Shown: positions 27,720 through 38,662, counted from the first letter of the stretch. The stretch: 64,000 nt of DNA from Alphaproteobacteria bacterium (GCA_045565315.1 JBJLFO010000001.1:593542-657541); one strand, 5' to 3'. A program made the numbers and translations. The notes: generated by a model from the letters alone, not told the origin.

Positions 27720-28892
27720 TTAGTACTCTATCTGAGTTAGTTTTCCATTGTTAATATTAAAAAAATCTGATTTGGAATGTATATAATCAAATAATTCAAT
27801 TTTTGTACCCGTTAACCATACCTGAGAACCTAATGTAAAAATTTGATCGAAGAGATTATTAATTCTCTCCATATCAAGATGAGCTGTAATCTCGTCTAAT
27901 AATAATATAGGCGAAATACCCTGATTGTTCATTTGATATACTCGAGCTTGAGCTAATATCAGGGATATTAATAGATTTTTTTGCTCTCCAGTTGAACAAT
28001 TTTCAGCATACATGTCATTTCTTTTGTACCAAAGAGTAAAATCAGTTCGATGTGGACCAATATTTGTTCTATATGTCATTTTATCTTTTTTACGATTTAC
28101 ACATAAAATTTTGGAAAAATCCTCTTCCATTTCAGATATTGTGCAATCTTTTGATAGGGAACCGAGTTCTTCCCTCATTATTATTTCTGCTGATGGAAAC
28201 AGATTATTACTAACATCTCTAATCATTATATGATTTATTTGATTTACTGCTATTTGTCTTGATATCAATATACTTGCAGCTATTTTTGCAAGTTGTCTTT
28301 CAAGATTATCTAACAGCTTACTTGATAAATTATCAGAATTATATAAAACCTTATTTCTCTGTGCGATAATTCTCTCGTAATTTTTGATATTATCCGAGTG
28401 ATTAGGCTCAATGAGAGCAACCAATTTATCAAAAAATTTTCTTCTTTCACTTCTCCCACCAACAAAAAGTCCATCCATTTGGGGTGTGAGCCAAATAACA
28501 CCTATACTATTTGCAAATGATTTTGGGCTATTTGTTGATTTTCCATCAATTCTACATTGCCTAGAATTTCCATTCTTAATTCCTATATTGCTGATACCTG
28601 TACCTAATTTTGTTGTTCCGTAACATGAGCTCACCTCCATAAAAACTGACCAACCACCTTTCCCACTTATATTTGATAAATCAGCTAATTGAGCACCTCT
28701 CATTCCTTTGCCAGGAGTAAACATCGAAATTGCTTCGAGTATGTTCGTTTTACCTGAACCATTTGCCCCAACAATAGAAATAAATTTATTATTAGACGAT
28801 ATAGATGTGAAATTATGATTTCTAAAATCTGTAAGATTTAATTTATTTATTTCAGAAAATTTAACTGTGTGGTTTTTTTCTTTTTCTATCAT
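27720..28892 (-). CDS. recF: DNA replication and repair protein RecF
   Basis: Walker A GANGSGKTNILEAI and an SMC-like architecture. Lies directly upstream of gyrB. Confidence 0.9.
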   Translation of the reverse strand: MIEKEKNHTVKFSEINKLNLTDFRNHNFTSISSNNKFISIVGANGSGKTNILEAISMFTPGKGMRGAQLADLSNISGKGGWSVFMEVSSCYGTTKLGTGISNIGIKNGNSRQCRIDGKSTNSPKSFANSIGVIWLTPQMDGLFVGGRSERRKFFDKLVALIEPNHSDNIKNYERIIAQRNKVLYNSDNLSSKLLDNLERQLAKIAASILISRQIAVNQINHIMIRDVSNNLFPSAEIIMREELGSLSKDCTISEMEEDFSKILCVNRKKDKMTYRTNIGPHRTDFTLWYKRNDMYAENCSTGEQKNLLISLILAQARVYQMNNQGISPILLLDEITAHLDMERINNLFDQIFTLGSQVWLTGTKIELFDYIHSKSDFFNINNGKLTQIEY

Positions 28893-28919
28893 ACAATTAG
28901 AATATAGTAACTGTAAATT

Positions 28920-29531
28920 CTAGCCATTCTTTTTTGTATTTGATTTGCTTACACCAACTCTTGCTGGCCTCAGAACTCTATCACTAATTTTATATCCGGG
29001 CTCCACTATATGAGCGACTATTCCACTTTCTTTTTCGTCATCAGGAACTTCAAACATAGCCTCATGTTGAGTTGGATCAAATTTTTCTCCTAACGGATCA
29101 AAACGTTCTATGCCATTCCTTGTAAATATTTGTTTTAGAGATTTCATTGTGATTTCAATGCCTTCAATTAAATTTTTTGTATCCTCAATATTTAGAGTCT
29201 CAATATTAGTTGTGCTTTCAAGAGCTCTCTCTAAATCATCTGCAACTGTTATAATATCTCTTGAAAACTTTGTTATTGAGTATTTAATTGCATCTTCTTT
29301 TTCACGGAGACTCCTCTTCCTTAAATTCTCCATCTCTGCCGCCATTCGCAATAATCTGTCGTTTGACTCATCTAATTTTTCTTGTATGGATTCGGTAGTG
29401 CTCTGATCTGCGATATCCTCATCAAAATCCTGCTTATCTTCAGTTATTGATTCCTCTTCATCCACAGCAGAAGCTTCTACGGAGTCTTTTTTCTCTTTTT
29501 CACTCAATTTTTTTTCTCGGTTCGTCATCAT
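28920..29531 (-). CDS. grpE: nucleotide exchange factor GrpE
   Basis: Acidic N-terminus, coiled coil, and C-terminal HEAMFEVP..GYKISDRVLRPARVGV. Confidence 0.92.
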   Translation of the reverse strand: MMTNREKKLSEKEKKDSVEASAVDEEESITEDKQDFDEDIADQSTTESIQEKLDESNDRLLRMAAEMENLRKRSLREKEDAIKYSITKFSRDIITVADDLERALESTTNIETLNIEDTKNLIEGIEITMKSLKQIFTRNGIERFDPLGEKFDPTQHEAMFEVPDDEKESGIVAHIVEPGYKISDRVLRPARVGVSKSNTKKNG

Positions 29532-29597
29532 TTCAAATCTAATTTCCTAAATTATTTATATCAAAAAATATAATATCAATTGAATATGTTTCCAGTT

Positions 29598-30659
29598 TTA
29601 CCCTAAAATTTTTTTCATCATTTCAGCTGTATAGTTAACCATTGGTATTATTCTTCCATAATTCATTCTAGTTGGACCAATTACACCAAGAACACCTACC
29701 ACTTGCTGTTTTTCATTTTGATAAGGTGCCACTATAATAGATGAACCTGATAGAGAAAACAATTTATTCTCTGAACCAATAAATATTCTTACACCTTCAG
29801 CTTTTTCCGCAAGGCCTAATACTTCCATTATCTCCTGCTTATTCTCAAGATCTTGAAATAAATGTCTTATCCTCTCCAAGTCATCCGTTGCTTCGATATT
29901 CGCTATCAGCTTAGAAGCTCCTTTAACAATCAATATTCGATCATCTTTTTTATAATTTGAGTTACTCCAAACTGCTAACCCCTGCTTGAGAAGGCTGGCA
30001 GTTTCTTTGTCAATTTCATTTTCTTTATATTTTAAATCCATTTCAATCTTCTGAATTGCCTCTTGAAGAGTGAACCCTCTCATATGATGGTTTAAATAAT
30101 TACTAGCCGTGGCTAAGCTTGAGGCTGTAAGTCTCTCCGAGTTATTGACTATTCTATTTTCAACGTTTCCCTCTTGATCAACCAGTATTACTAGTATTTT
30201 TCCTTTTTCTAATGATACAAACTCAATATGTTTTATAGACTTTGTATCTTTATTCACAGAAACAACCCCGGCACAGTTGGTTAGGCCAGATAACATTTCA
30301 CTTGCTTTAGTAAGAGCATCTTCAACGGTAATATTTCTTGAAATAGTTTGTTCTTTTATAACCGCTTGATCGATATCAGTTAGATTTCCGATTTCCAGCA
30401 TTGCATCCACAAAGAGCCTTAAACCACCTTCTGTAGGTATCCTCCCAGAGCTTATATGTGGCGAATAGATCAAGCCAAGCGACTCAAGATCATGCATAAT
30501 ATTTCGAATGGAAGCAGCAGATAAATCAATATCATTCATTAATGAAATTGTCTTAGAGCCAATTGGTGTTCCAATAGCAAGGTATTCTTCAACTATTTTT
30601 TTAAAAACGTCCCGTGATCTGTTATCTAATTGAAAAATTTTTGACTTTGACTGGATCAT
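29598..30659 (-). CDS. hrcA: heat-inducible transcription repressor HrcA
   Basis: N-terminal winged-helix domain and HrcA C-terminal domain (GVIGPTRMNYGRIIPMVNYTA). Conserved hrcA-grpE pairing. Confidence 0.92.
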   Translation of the reverse strand: MIQSKSKIFQLDNRSRDVFKKIVEEYLAIGTPIGSKTISLMNDIDLSAASIRNIMHDLESLGLIYSPHISSGRIPTEGGLRLFVDAMLEIGNLTDIDQAVIKEQTISRNITVEDALTKASEMLSGLTNCAGVVSVNKDTKSIKHIEFVSLEKGKILVILVDQEGNVENRIVNNSERLTASSLATASNYLNHHMRGFTLQEAIQKIEMDLKYKENEIDKETASLLKQGLAVWSNSNYKKDDRILIVKGASKLIANIEATDDLERIRHLFQDLENKQEIMEVLGLAEKAEGVRIFIGSENKLFSLSGSSIIVAPYQNEKQQVVGVLGVIGPTRMNYGRIIPMVNYTAEMMKKILG

Positions 30660-30746
30660 TATAAATCTTCTTTATCTTTCTGTTTCTGTTGTTAAATGTT
30701 ATACCTTATATTAATAAAAAATATAAGTTAAATGCAAGAGGCATAG

Positions 30747-31466
30747 ATGAGAAGTTACAAAAGAGGTAATACTGATATTAGACCACTTAATATTGAAACA
30801 AATATTATAAAAAATGCAGATGGTTCCTGTATTGTGGAGATAGGTGAAACAAAAGTGATATGTACGGCTTCAATTGATGATAGGACACCTCCATGGTTGC
30901 GTGGATCTGGAAAAGGTTGGTTAACAGCAGAATATGGAATGCTTCCAAGATCAACGAATGAAAGAATGTTGCGCGAAGCAAAATCTGGGAAACAATCGGG
31001 TCGTACCCAAGAAATTCAGAGATTAATTGGAAGAAGTCTCAGGGCAAGTCTAGACTTGAACCAAATGAATGAAAAGCAGATCCTTATAGATTGCGATGTG
31101 ATTCAAGCTGATGGAGGAACTAGAACAGCTTCAATAACAGGAGGTTGGGTTGCTTTAAATCTGTGCATTCAAAAAATGATGCGAATTGGCCTAATAAAGA
31201 GAAATCCCTTACAATCACAAATTGCTGCCATATCTTGTGGAATATTAGATAATGAAGTTATTATTGATTTAGACTACGACGAAGACTCTTCGGCTGATGT
31301 TGATGCAAACCTTGTATTTACAAATAATTTTAATCTTATTGAAATCCAATCTTCAGCTGAACAGAAAGTATTTTCTGCAGAAGAGCTAATGAAAATGATT
31401 AGCATGGCTAAAGACGTATCTAACCAAATTTTTAAGATCCAAAAGGATGCAATTTCTATAAAATGA
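30747..31466 (+). CDS. rph: ribonuclease PH
   Basis: GWLTAEYGMLPRST, GRTQEIQRLIGRSLR, and DCDVIQADGGTRTASITG. Confidence 0.96.
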   Translation: MRSYKRGNTDIRPLNIETNIIKNADGSCIVEIGETKVICTASIDDRTPPWLRGSGKGWLTAEYGMLPRSTNERMLREAKSGKQSGRTQEIQRLIGRSLRASLDLNQMNEKQILIDCDVIQADGGTRTASITGGWVALNLCIQKMMRIGLIKRNPLQSQIAAISCGILDNEVIIDLDYDEDSSADVDANLVFTNNFNLIEIQSSAEQKVFSAEELMKMISMAKDVSNQIFKIQKDAISIK

Positions 31467-32095
31467 TAAATCTAGAGGAGAAGAAACTATTAATAGCAAG
31501 TCATAATGAAGGGAAGATATCAGAATTTAGAGAATTACTTAATTTTTTTGATGTTAAAATTATTTCTTCAAAAGAATTACAATTACCTGAGCCGGTTGAA
31601 GATGGAATTTCATTTGAAGAGAACGCTCTAATTAAGGCAAAATCTGCCGCTGAACTATCCGGCATTGTAGCACTATCTGATGACTCAGGTATTGAGGTTG
31701 AGGCACTAGATAAAAGGCCCGGAATATACTCGGCTAGATGGGCAGGTCCTGATAAAAACTTTGTATTTGCAATGTCGGAAATAAATAGGATGCTTGATGA
31801 ATTAGGAGCTGTTTCAGAAGAGAAAAGGCGTGCATGTTTCGTATGTGCCTTGTGTCTATATTATCCAAGTGGGGAACACGAATTTTTTGTAGGTAAAATT
31901 GATGGAAAAATAGTGTGGCCACCTCGCGGAAAATATGGGTTTGGATACGACGCTATATTCTTACCTGATGGTCTGAATAAAACATTTGGAGAACTTACCT
32001 CAAGTGAAAAACATTCTTGGGCTATTGATAAAGTAGGTTTGTCGCACAGAGCGATTGCCTTTTCAAAATTTGCTAAATTTTTAACAAAAAAATGA
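31463..32095 (+). CDS. rdgB: XTP/dITP diphosphatase (Ham1/RdgB)
   Basis: IASHNEGKISEF, SDDSGIEV, and FGYDAIF. ATGA overlap with rph. Confidence 0.9.
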   Translation: MINLEEKKLLIASHNEGKISEFRELLNFFDVKIISSKELQLPEPVEDGISFEENALIKAKSAAELSGIVALSDDSGIEVEALDKRPGIYSARWAGPDKNFVFAMSEINRMLDELGAVSEEKRRACFVCALCLYYPSGEHEFFVGKIDGKIVWPPRGKYGFGYDAIFLPDGLNKTFGELTSSEKHSWAIDKVGLSHRAIAFSKFAKFLTKK

Positions 32096-32096
32096 T

Positions 32097-33245
32097 ATGA
32101 AATCAAAATTCAGCATATATATACACTGGCCGTATTGCTTATCAAAATGTCCCTATTGTGACTTTAATAGCCATGTATCAAAAGAGAAAATTGATCAAGA
32201 TCAATACTCCTCTCTTATTAAAAAAGAGTTGGATCACTATTGTGAGGTAATGAATAGTAAAAACATATCATCAATTTTTTTTGGAGGAGGAACGCCATCT
32301 TTAATGGATCCATCCGTAGTTTATGAAATCTTAAACCACATAGAGAAAAAATTTAAATTTGATGATAAAACTGAAATCACGCTTGAAGCGAACCCAACGA
32401 GTGTTGAATTAGATAAATTTCGCCATTACTCAGATTTTGGTATAAACAGAGTCTCGATCGGGGTTCAATCTTTAAATGACATAGATCTAAAAAAACTTGG
32501 TAGAAATCACACCTCTAAAGAGGCAATTAGAGCAATAGAAATAGCTCATCAATATTTTAATTCTATTTCCATAGACTTAATTTATAGTAGGCCCGGACAA
32601 AAGATTAATGAATGGAAAGCAGAACTTCTTCAAGCCTTGGCGCTAGGAACGCATCATATATCTCTCTATCAGCTAACCATAGAACCCAAAACAACCTATG
32701 AAAAGTTATTTAAATCTGGAAAATTAATCTTACCTAACGAAGAATTATCAAGAGAACTCTACCTCCTAACAGAGTCTGTTTGTAAAGATTATTCACTCTT
32801 CAAATACGAACTTTCAAATTTTTCTAAAAAAGGACATGAGTCTATACATAATCTAAATTACTGGAATAGTGGCGAATGGGTTGGAGTCGGGCCAGGTGCT
32901 CACTCACGGATTGAAAATAAGGATGGTGAAAGAATTTCCATTATCAATGAATATGATCCTCGTAAATGGCAAGAATACGTAAAAATGTCTGGATTTTCCT
33001 CTATTAAAAAACAAAATTTAAGCCAAGAAAATATTTGTGATGAATATATTTTAATGTCTATGAGAACTTCAAAGGGTATGAGTGTTAATAAATATACTGA
33101 CCTTGGTGGCCATCTCGATAAAACGAAGCTAAAGTCTTTGACGGCTGGTGGGTATATCAAGGTTAATAAAAATACAAATTATTTACAAATTACAAGCAAG
33201 GGTAGTATCATTAGTGATTTCATAATCTCGGAACTTGCATTATAA
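32097..33245 (+). CDS. hemW: radical SAM heme chaperone HemW (HemN-like)
   Basis: CxxxCxxC motif CLSKCPYCDF, FFGGGTPS, and a HemN_C-like tail. Confidence 0.85.
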   Translation: MKSKFSIYIHWPYCLSKCPYCDFNSHVSKEKIDQDQYSSLIKKELDHYCEVMNSKNISSIFFGGGTPSLMDPSVVYEILNHIEKKFKFDDKTEITLEANPTSVELDKFRHYSDFGINRVSIGVQSLNDIDLKKLGRNHTSKEAIRAIEIAHQYFNSISIDLIYSRPGQKINEWKAELLQALALGTHHISLYQLTIEPKTTYEKLFKSGKLILPNEELSRELYLLTESVCKDYSLFKYELSNFSKKGHESIHNLNYWNSGEWVGVGPGAHSRIENKDGERISIINEYDPRKWQEYVKMSGFSSIKKQNLSQENICDEYILMSMRTSKGMSVNKYTDLGGHLDKTKLKSLTAGGYIKVNKNTNYLQITSKGSIISDFIISELAL

Positions 33246-33258
33246 ATTATAGTATAAA

Positions 33259-34113
33259 ATGGAAATAAAATTAGACGATACCCTCACACCTGGTTTATAC
33301 ATTATATCCACTCCCATTGGTAACTTGGGAGATATATCGATCCGTGCTCTCACAACACTAAAAAACTTAGATAAGGTTTATTGTGAAGATACGCGCGTTA
33401 CAACAAAACTATTACAACGCTATAATTTAAAAAAAACCTTGTTTAAATATAATGACTTTAGTAGTGAAGTTTCTAGAAAGAATATAATTAAAAATATTGA
33501 AGAAAACCAAAGTGTAGGTCTTGTATCAGATGCAGGTACTCCGCTAATATCCGACCCCGGGTATAAACTTGTTCGTGAATGTATGAATCAAAACATCCCA
33601 GTGAATGTTATTCCTGGACCATCTGCTTTAATTTCTTCTGTTGTATTATCTGGGCTTCCATCCAACAAAATATATTTTACTGGATTCCTTCCCACTTCAA
33701 GCAGTAAAAGAACAATTGAATTTGAAAAAATTAGAAAACTAGATGCAACAATTATAATTTTTGAGACCACAAAAAAACTCAATAGAACACTGTTAGATTT
33801 AAAAAAATATTTTGGTAATATAAAGATTGTAATTACTAGGGAGATTACAAAAATTTATGAAGAAGTTATTGTTGAGGAAATAGATAGTTACATAAAAAAA
33901 ATGGATAATAAAACACTCAAAGGTGAAATTGTATTGTTGTTTAACACTGCCGATATGAAACCCTTTACCGATATGCATGAACTTGAAGAAGAGATTAAAA
34001 AATTAATAAATAATTTGCCAGTAAAAGAAATTACAAATATGCTTTATATAAAATATGATATATCTAAGAAAGCTATCTATGATATGTGTCTAAAACTAAA
34101 AAGTAATTCCTAA
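33259..34113 (+). CDS. rsmI: 16S rRNA (cytidine1402-2'-O)-methyltransferase
   Basis: LYIISTPIGNLGDISIRAL, CEDTR, and SDAGTPLISDPG. Confidence 0.9.
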   Translation: MEIKLDDTLTPGLYIISTPIGNLGDISIRALTTLKNLDKVYCEDTRVTTKLLQRYNLKKTLFKYNDFSSEVSRKNIIKNIEENQSVGLVSDAGTPLISDPGYKLVRECMNQNIPVNVIPGPSALISSVVLSGLPSNKIYFTGFLPTSSSKRTIEFEKIRKLDATIIIFETTKKLNRTLLDLKKYFGNIKIVITREITKIYEEVIVEEIDSYIKKMDNKTLKGEIVLLFNTADMKPFTDMHELEEEIKKLINNLPVKEITNMLYIKYDISKKAIYDMCLKLKSNS

Positions 34114-34142
34114 TTATACCTCAGATTTAAAAGTATACTAAT

Positions 34143-35078
34143 ATGAAAATCATTGTTCAGATGGATCCTATTGAAAAACTAAACTTATCGGGTGATAGCA
34201 CATTTGCATTACTTAATGAGGCCCAAAATAGGGGCTATAAAGTAGATTTTTATTCACCTGATATGCTTACGCTAGATAATAATATTTTGTATGCGGATGC
34301 ATATGAAATATTAGTCAGCACAGATCCGGATGAAATAAAAAAAATATCTCCAGCAAAAAGAGTAAAGCTTGAAGACTATGACATTTTATTAATGCGGCAA
34401 GACCCTCCCTTTAATATGAGTTATATAACTGCAGCTCATTTACTTGAGACAATTCAGAATAAAGTACTAGTAATAAATAACCCCTTTTATGTACGAAACT
34501 GCCCTGAAAAAATATTTGTAAATAAATACAGCCAATTCATGCCTCCTACCTTAATTACGAGAAATATAAATGAAATCAAAAGCTTTAAGGATAAGTATGA
34601 TAAAATTGTTATAAAGCCTCTATATGGTAATGGTGGAGCTGATGTTTTTTATTCTGATAAAAATGATAAAAATTTTCAATCAATTATTGAATATTTCCAA
34701 AATATTAGTGACGAACAGTTTATTGTCCAAAAATTTATCCCAAAAGTTACACTTGGTGACAAAAGAATAATCATCATTAATGGAAAAATCGCTGGAGCCA
34801 TAAATAGGGTGCCTCGGGATGGAGAAATTCGATCTAATATGCATGTTGGTGGTCAAGCTACAGTGACTGAAATAACAGAGTATGAAAAAAAAATATGCAC
34901 AGCGTTATCAAACGATCTAATTAATTTTGGGTTATTTTTTGTAGGAATTGATATTATTGATAACTTGATTACAGAAATTAATGTAACCTCACCTACAGGT
35001 ATAAGAGAAATATATAATCTCAGTGGCAATGATGTTTCCCTCATATTTTGGAATGAATTAGAAACGAGACTCAAATAA
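34143..35078 (+). CDS. gshB: glutathione synthetase
   Basis: Prokaryotic GSH synthetase N domain (MRQDPPFNMSYI) plus an ATP-grasp domain (KPLYGNGGADVF, EINVTSPTG). Confidence 0.9.
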   Translation: MKIIVQMDPIEKLNLSGDSTFALLNEAQNRGYKVDFYSPDMLTLDNNILYADAYEILVSTDPDEIKKISPAKRVKLEDYDILLMRQDPPFNMSYITAAHLLETIQNKVLVINNPFYVRNCPEKIFVNKYSQFMPPTLITRNINEIKSFKDKYDKIVIKPLYGNGGADVFYSDKNDKNFQSIIEYFQNISDEQFIVQKFIPKVTLGDKRIIIINGKIAGAINRVPRDGEIRSNMHVGGQATVTEITEYEKKICTALSNDLINFGLFFVGIDIIDNLITEINVTSPTGIREIYNLSGNDVSLIFWNELETRLK

Positions 35079-35115
35079 TATTTATCAATTAGACAATTTA
35101 ATATAAAATATAAAT

Positions 35116-35997
35116 ATGGCTAATTTTTATCAAAATATTAAAAAATATATCAATATAAAATATAATGAACAAACACTATCCATAAAGCTTCGTTTTAGCA
35201 AAGAGCCCCAAAATGTTGATTTAGAGGCACGATTAGCAAAAACGAAGCAGGAAATAAAGGCAGCTCAACAACTACGCTATCGTGTATTTTATAGAGAATT
35301 ATCCGCAAACCCAAACCTGATTACAAGATTTACACGCAAAGACAAAGATACCTTTGATAAGATTTGTAAACATATGTTGGTAATAGATAATTCTAATAAA
35401 AAGAAAGGCGTTTTATTAATTGGAAAGAAAAGAGAAAATGTGGTTGGGACCTATAGGCTATTACCACAAAGAGAGGCAGAAATAAATGGCGGCTTTTACA
35501 GTCAAGATGAATATGATATCGCACCTCTTTTAAAAAGACACCCAAATAAAAAATTCCTTGAGCTGGGAAGGTCTTGCGTTTTTAAAACTTACAGAAAGAA
35601 ATCCACTATTGAATTTTTATGGCAAGGAGTATGGTCGTATATAGTGGATAATAATTTTGACGTAATGATAGGCTGTGCAAGCTTTCATGCCCATGACCCA
35701 TCAGAGATAGCTATGCCATTGAGCTTCTTGTATCATAATTCCTTAGCTCCTGAAATTTGGAGAGTTCGAGCAAATGAGTCAAGATATGTCAGTATGAATA
35801 TGTTGGAAAAAGATAAAATTAATAACAAAGAAGCTCTCAAAATGATGCCACCTCTTCTGAAGGGATATTTAAGACTTGGTGCATATATTGGCGATGGTGC
35901 TGTTATTGATAAGCAATTTGGAACAATTGATGTTTTTGTTGTAATGCCACGTAGCAATATTCAAAAGAAATTCGTTGATAAATTTACAACGAAATAA
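35116..35997 (+). CDS. GNAT-fold N-acyltransferase, ornithine-lipid OlsB-like
   Basis: EIKAAQQLRYRVFYRELSA and LELGRSCV motifs, typical of the OlsB/hemolysin-like acyltransferase family. Confidence 0.6.
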   Translation: MANFYQNIKKYINIKYNEQTLSIKLRFSKEPQNVDLEARLAKTKQEIKAAQQLRYRVFYRELSANPNLITRFTRKDKDTFDKICKHMLVIDNSNKKKGVLLIGKKRENVVGTYRLLPQREAEINGGFYSQDEYDIAPLLKRHPNKKFLELGRSCVFKTYRKKSTIEFLWQGVWSYIVDNNFDVMIGCASFHAHDPSEIAMPLSFLYHNSLAPEIWRVRANESRYVSMNMLEKDKINNKEALKMMPPLLKGYLRLGAYIGDGAVIDKQFGTIDVFVVMPRSNIQKKFVDKFTTK

Positions 35998-36013
35998 ATT
36001 TAAGAAGTTGTAC

Positions 36014-38662
36014 ATGAGCACCCTAAAAGAAAAGAAAAAATCTAAAGAAAAATCACAATTAACCCCCATGATGATGCAATATATGGATTTGAAATCTTCA
36101 TATCAAGATCACATACTCTTTTATCAAATGGGCGATTTCTATGAAATGTTTTTTGATGATGCAGTTCGGGCTTCCCCAATACTTGGTATTACACTGACAA
36201 AGAGAGGTTATCAAAATGGTGCAGAAATACCAATGTGCGGTATTCCAATATCAGCTATTAATCAATATTTGCCTAAACTCATAAAAAGTGGAAATAAAGT
36301 AGCTATTTGTGAGCAATCCGACAAACAGATTCATCAAAATAAAAAAACAATAGTCGAAAGAAAAATAACTAGAATTATTACTTCGGGAACAATCACAGAT
36401 GAAAATTTACTAGACGCAAAAACTAATAACTTCCTTCTATCAATATATTCTAGTGATGAAAAAATTGGACTTGCTTGGTGCGATATATCAACTGGCGAAA
36501 CATTTTACTCTAATACCACCCATGATGATTTGAATAATGAATTATCTTCAATAAATCCAAAGGAAATTATCTTACCAGAAGATAGTTTTAAAAATTTATC
36601 TATTAAAAATCAAGATTTTAAAGTATCTGAATTTCTTTCAAAATATTATGATAAAAGGCTATCACAAAGATATATAAAAGAGATGTATAATATTAGCCAA
36701 ATAGCTGGTTTCGGTCATATGGAAGATGAGGAAACTTCTGCTATGGGAGGCCTTTTAAGCTATATCGAGATGACCCAGATGGGTAAAAAAGTGAAACTTC
36801 AAAATCCAAAAAATATTACAATAAATAATTACATGTCAATTGATACAGCTACAAAAAATAGCCTAGAACTTCTAAAAACAAATGCCGGAGATTATAAGGG
36901 GTCTCTTCTGGATACAATTGATTATACGCAAACTGCGGCGGGTGGAAGAAAAATATATCAGAGACTATGCAAACCATCAGTTTCAGTTCCTGAAATAAAT
37001 AACCGCCTTAATGATATTGAGTATATTTTAAAAAATAAAATTTTAAGACAAAACATAAGAGATCTACTTAAGCTATTTCCTGATATTACGAGGCCTCTCG
37101 CAAGAGCATCTCTTGGAAGATGTTCGCCAAGAGATCTTGGTTCAATTCGACTTGGTCTTGAGATTACTAAAAATATATTTTCAGTAACTCAAAAAGATAT
37201 AAAAAATAAATTTACTACCAGATTAAAAAATCAATTTGAAATAATTAAGAACGAATTGAAAAAGAACTTATTTGAACAACTCGACGATGCGCTTAACGTA
37301 AACCTTCCCAATACAATAATAGATGGGGATATATTTAGAGTTGGTTTTTCTTCAGAACTTGATCAGTTGAGGTCTATAAAAGCAAATACATCAAAGCATA
37401 TATTAGAGCTTCAAAGTAAATATATACAAGATACATCCATTAAATCTCTTAAAATAAAGTATAATAATTTCCTTGGATATTTCATCGAGTTTCCTTCAAC
37501 CAACAAGAAATTCCTAGACGAACTAACTCAAACTAAATTTATTCATAGGCAAACTCTTAAAAACCAAATGAGGTTTACCTCTGAAGAATTAAATGCCTTA
37601 CAAACTAACATAATTGAAGCATCCGAAAAGATCTATAAAATTGAGGATGATTTATTTGATAAAATTATAAAAATTACCCTAACTTACTCAGATTCAATAA
37701 TGAAAATAAGCGATATGATTTCTGAAATAGATGTTACTCTATCTCTCTCTGAGCTTGCGGAGAAAAATAGTTACTGCAAGCCATTAGTGGATGAGTCTGG
37801 AAAATTTATTATTCAGCAAGGCCGTCATCCAATCGTAGAAAATTCCATGGATAATCAAAGTTTAGGAAAATTTATTTCTAACGACTGTTATCTTGATGAA
37901 AAGTTAAATATACAATTAATTACTGGCCCAAATATGGCAGGGAAATCAACATATCTTCGTCAAAATGCCTTAATAGCAATATTAGCTCAAATCGGATCGT
38001 TTGTTCCAGCAAAATATGCTGAGCTTGGAATAATAGATAAACTATTTTCCCGGGTTGGTGCATCAGATGATCTTGCTGGTGGGAGATCTACCTTCATGGT
38101 CGAAATGGTTGAAACCTCAATCATTCTTAATCAAGCAACATCTAAATCCTTCGTTATTATTGATGAGATTGGTCGAGGAACAGCAACATTTGATGGTTTA
38201 GCAATAGCATGGGCAACTTTAGATTTTCTAGCAAAAAATAATAACTGCAGAACAATATTTGCTACTCACTTCCATGAACTTACAAAACTAACAGAAGAAT
38301 TAAGAAATATAAAAAATATGGCTATGCAGATAAGTGAGGACAACGGAGAAATTATATTCTTACATGAAATTAAAGAAGGGGTTGTTGATAAATCATATGG
38401 GATCCAAGTTGCTAAACTTGCAGGCTTACCAAATGAAGTAACGAAAAAAGCTGAGGTTATATTGAAAACTCTTGAAAGTGAAGAGAGTTTTTCTGATAAA
38501 GATTTACCATTGTTCAAAAATGATTATCAGGAGATTCAGGATATAGAACTTATGAAAATCAAAGAGGAAATCGGAAATATTAATATCAATAAAATTACAC
38601 CAATCGATGCATTAAATTTACTTAATAATATTAAGTCACTTATAGAGAAGAAAAATAAATGA
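36014..38662 (+). CDS. mutS: DNA mismatch repair protein MutS
   Basis: TPMMMQYMDLK..GDFYEMFFDDA, Walker A GPNMAGKST, and DEIGRGT. The ATG at 36014 is preferred over 35975, which would overlap the previous gene. Confidence 0.96.
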   Translation: MSTLKEKKKSKEKSQLTPMMMQYMDLKSSYQDHILFYQMGDFYEMFFDDAVRASPILGITLTKRGYQNGAEIPMCGIPISAINQYLPKLIKSGNKVAICEQSDKQIHQNKKTIVERKITRIITSGTITDENLLDAKTNNFLLSIYSSDEKIGLAWCDISTGETFYSNTTHDDLNNELSSINPKEIILPEDSFKNLSIKNQDFKVSEFLSKYYDKRLSQRYIKEMYNISQIAGFGHMEDEETSAMGGLLSYIEMTQMGKKVKLQNPKNITINNYMSIDTATKNSLELLKTNAGDYKGSLLDTIDYTQTAAGGRKIYQRLCKPSVSVPEINNRLNDIEYILKNKILRQNIRDLLKLFPDITRPLARASLGRCSPRDLGSIRLGLEITKNIFSVTQKDIKNKFTTRLKNQFEIIKNELKKNLFEQLDDALNVNLPNTIIDGDIFRVGFSSELDQLRSIKANTSKHILELQSKYIQDTSIKSLKIKYNNFLGYFIEFPSTNKKFLDELTQTKFIHRQTLKNQMRFTSEELNALQTNIIEASEKIYKIEDDLFDKIIKITLTYSDSIMKISDMISEIDVTLSLSELAEKNSYCKPLVDESGKFIIQQGRHPIVENSMDNQSLGKFISNDCYLDEKLNIQLITGPNMAGKSTYLRQNALIAILAQIGSFVPAKYAELGIIDKLFSRVGASDDLAGGRSTFMVEMVETSIILNQATSKSFVIIDEIGRGTATFDGLAIAWATLDFLAKNNNCRTIFATHFHELTKLTEELRNIKNMAMQISEDNGEIIFLHEIKEGVVDKSYGIQVAKLAGLPNEVTKKAEVILKTLESEESFSDKDLPLFKNDYQEIQDIELMKIKEEIGNININKITPIDALNLLNNIKSLIEKKNK

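Noticed and set aside
29532-30746. Expected CIRCE operator (TTAGCACTC-N9-GAGTGCTAA) near hrcA/grpE.
   Set aside because: No match or near-match was seen by eye in the hrcA upstream region (30660-30746) or the hrcA-grpE spacer. CIRCE is probably located at groES/groEL elsewhere.
35975-36013. The track start of mutS at 35975 overlaps the preceding gene by 23 nt.
   Set aside because: The extra N-terminal 13 aa (MINLQRNKFKKLY) have no counterpart in MutS. The ATG at 36014 (MSTLKEKKK..TPMMMQY) avoids the overlap and is preferred.
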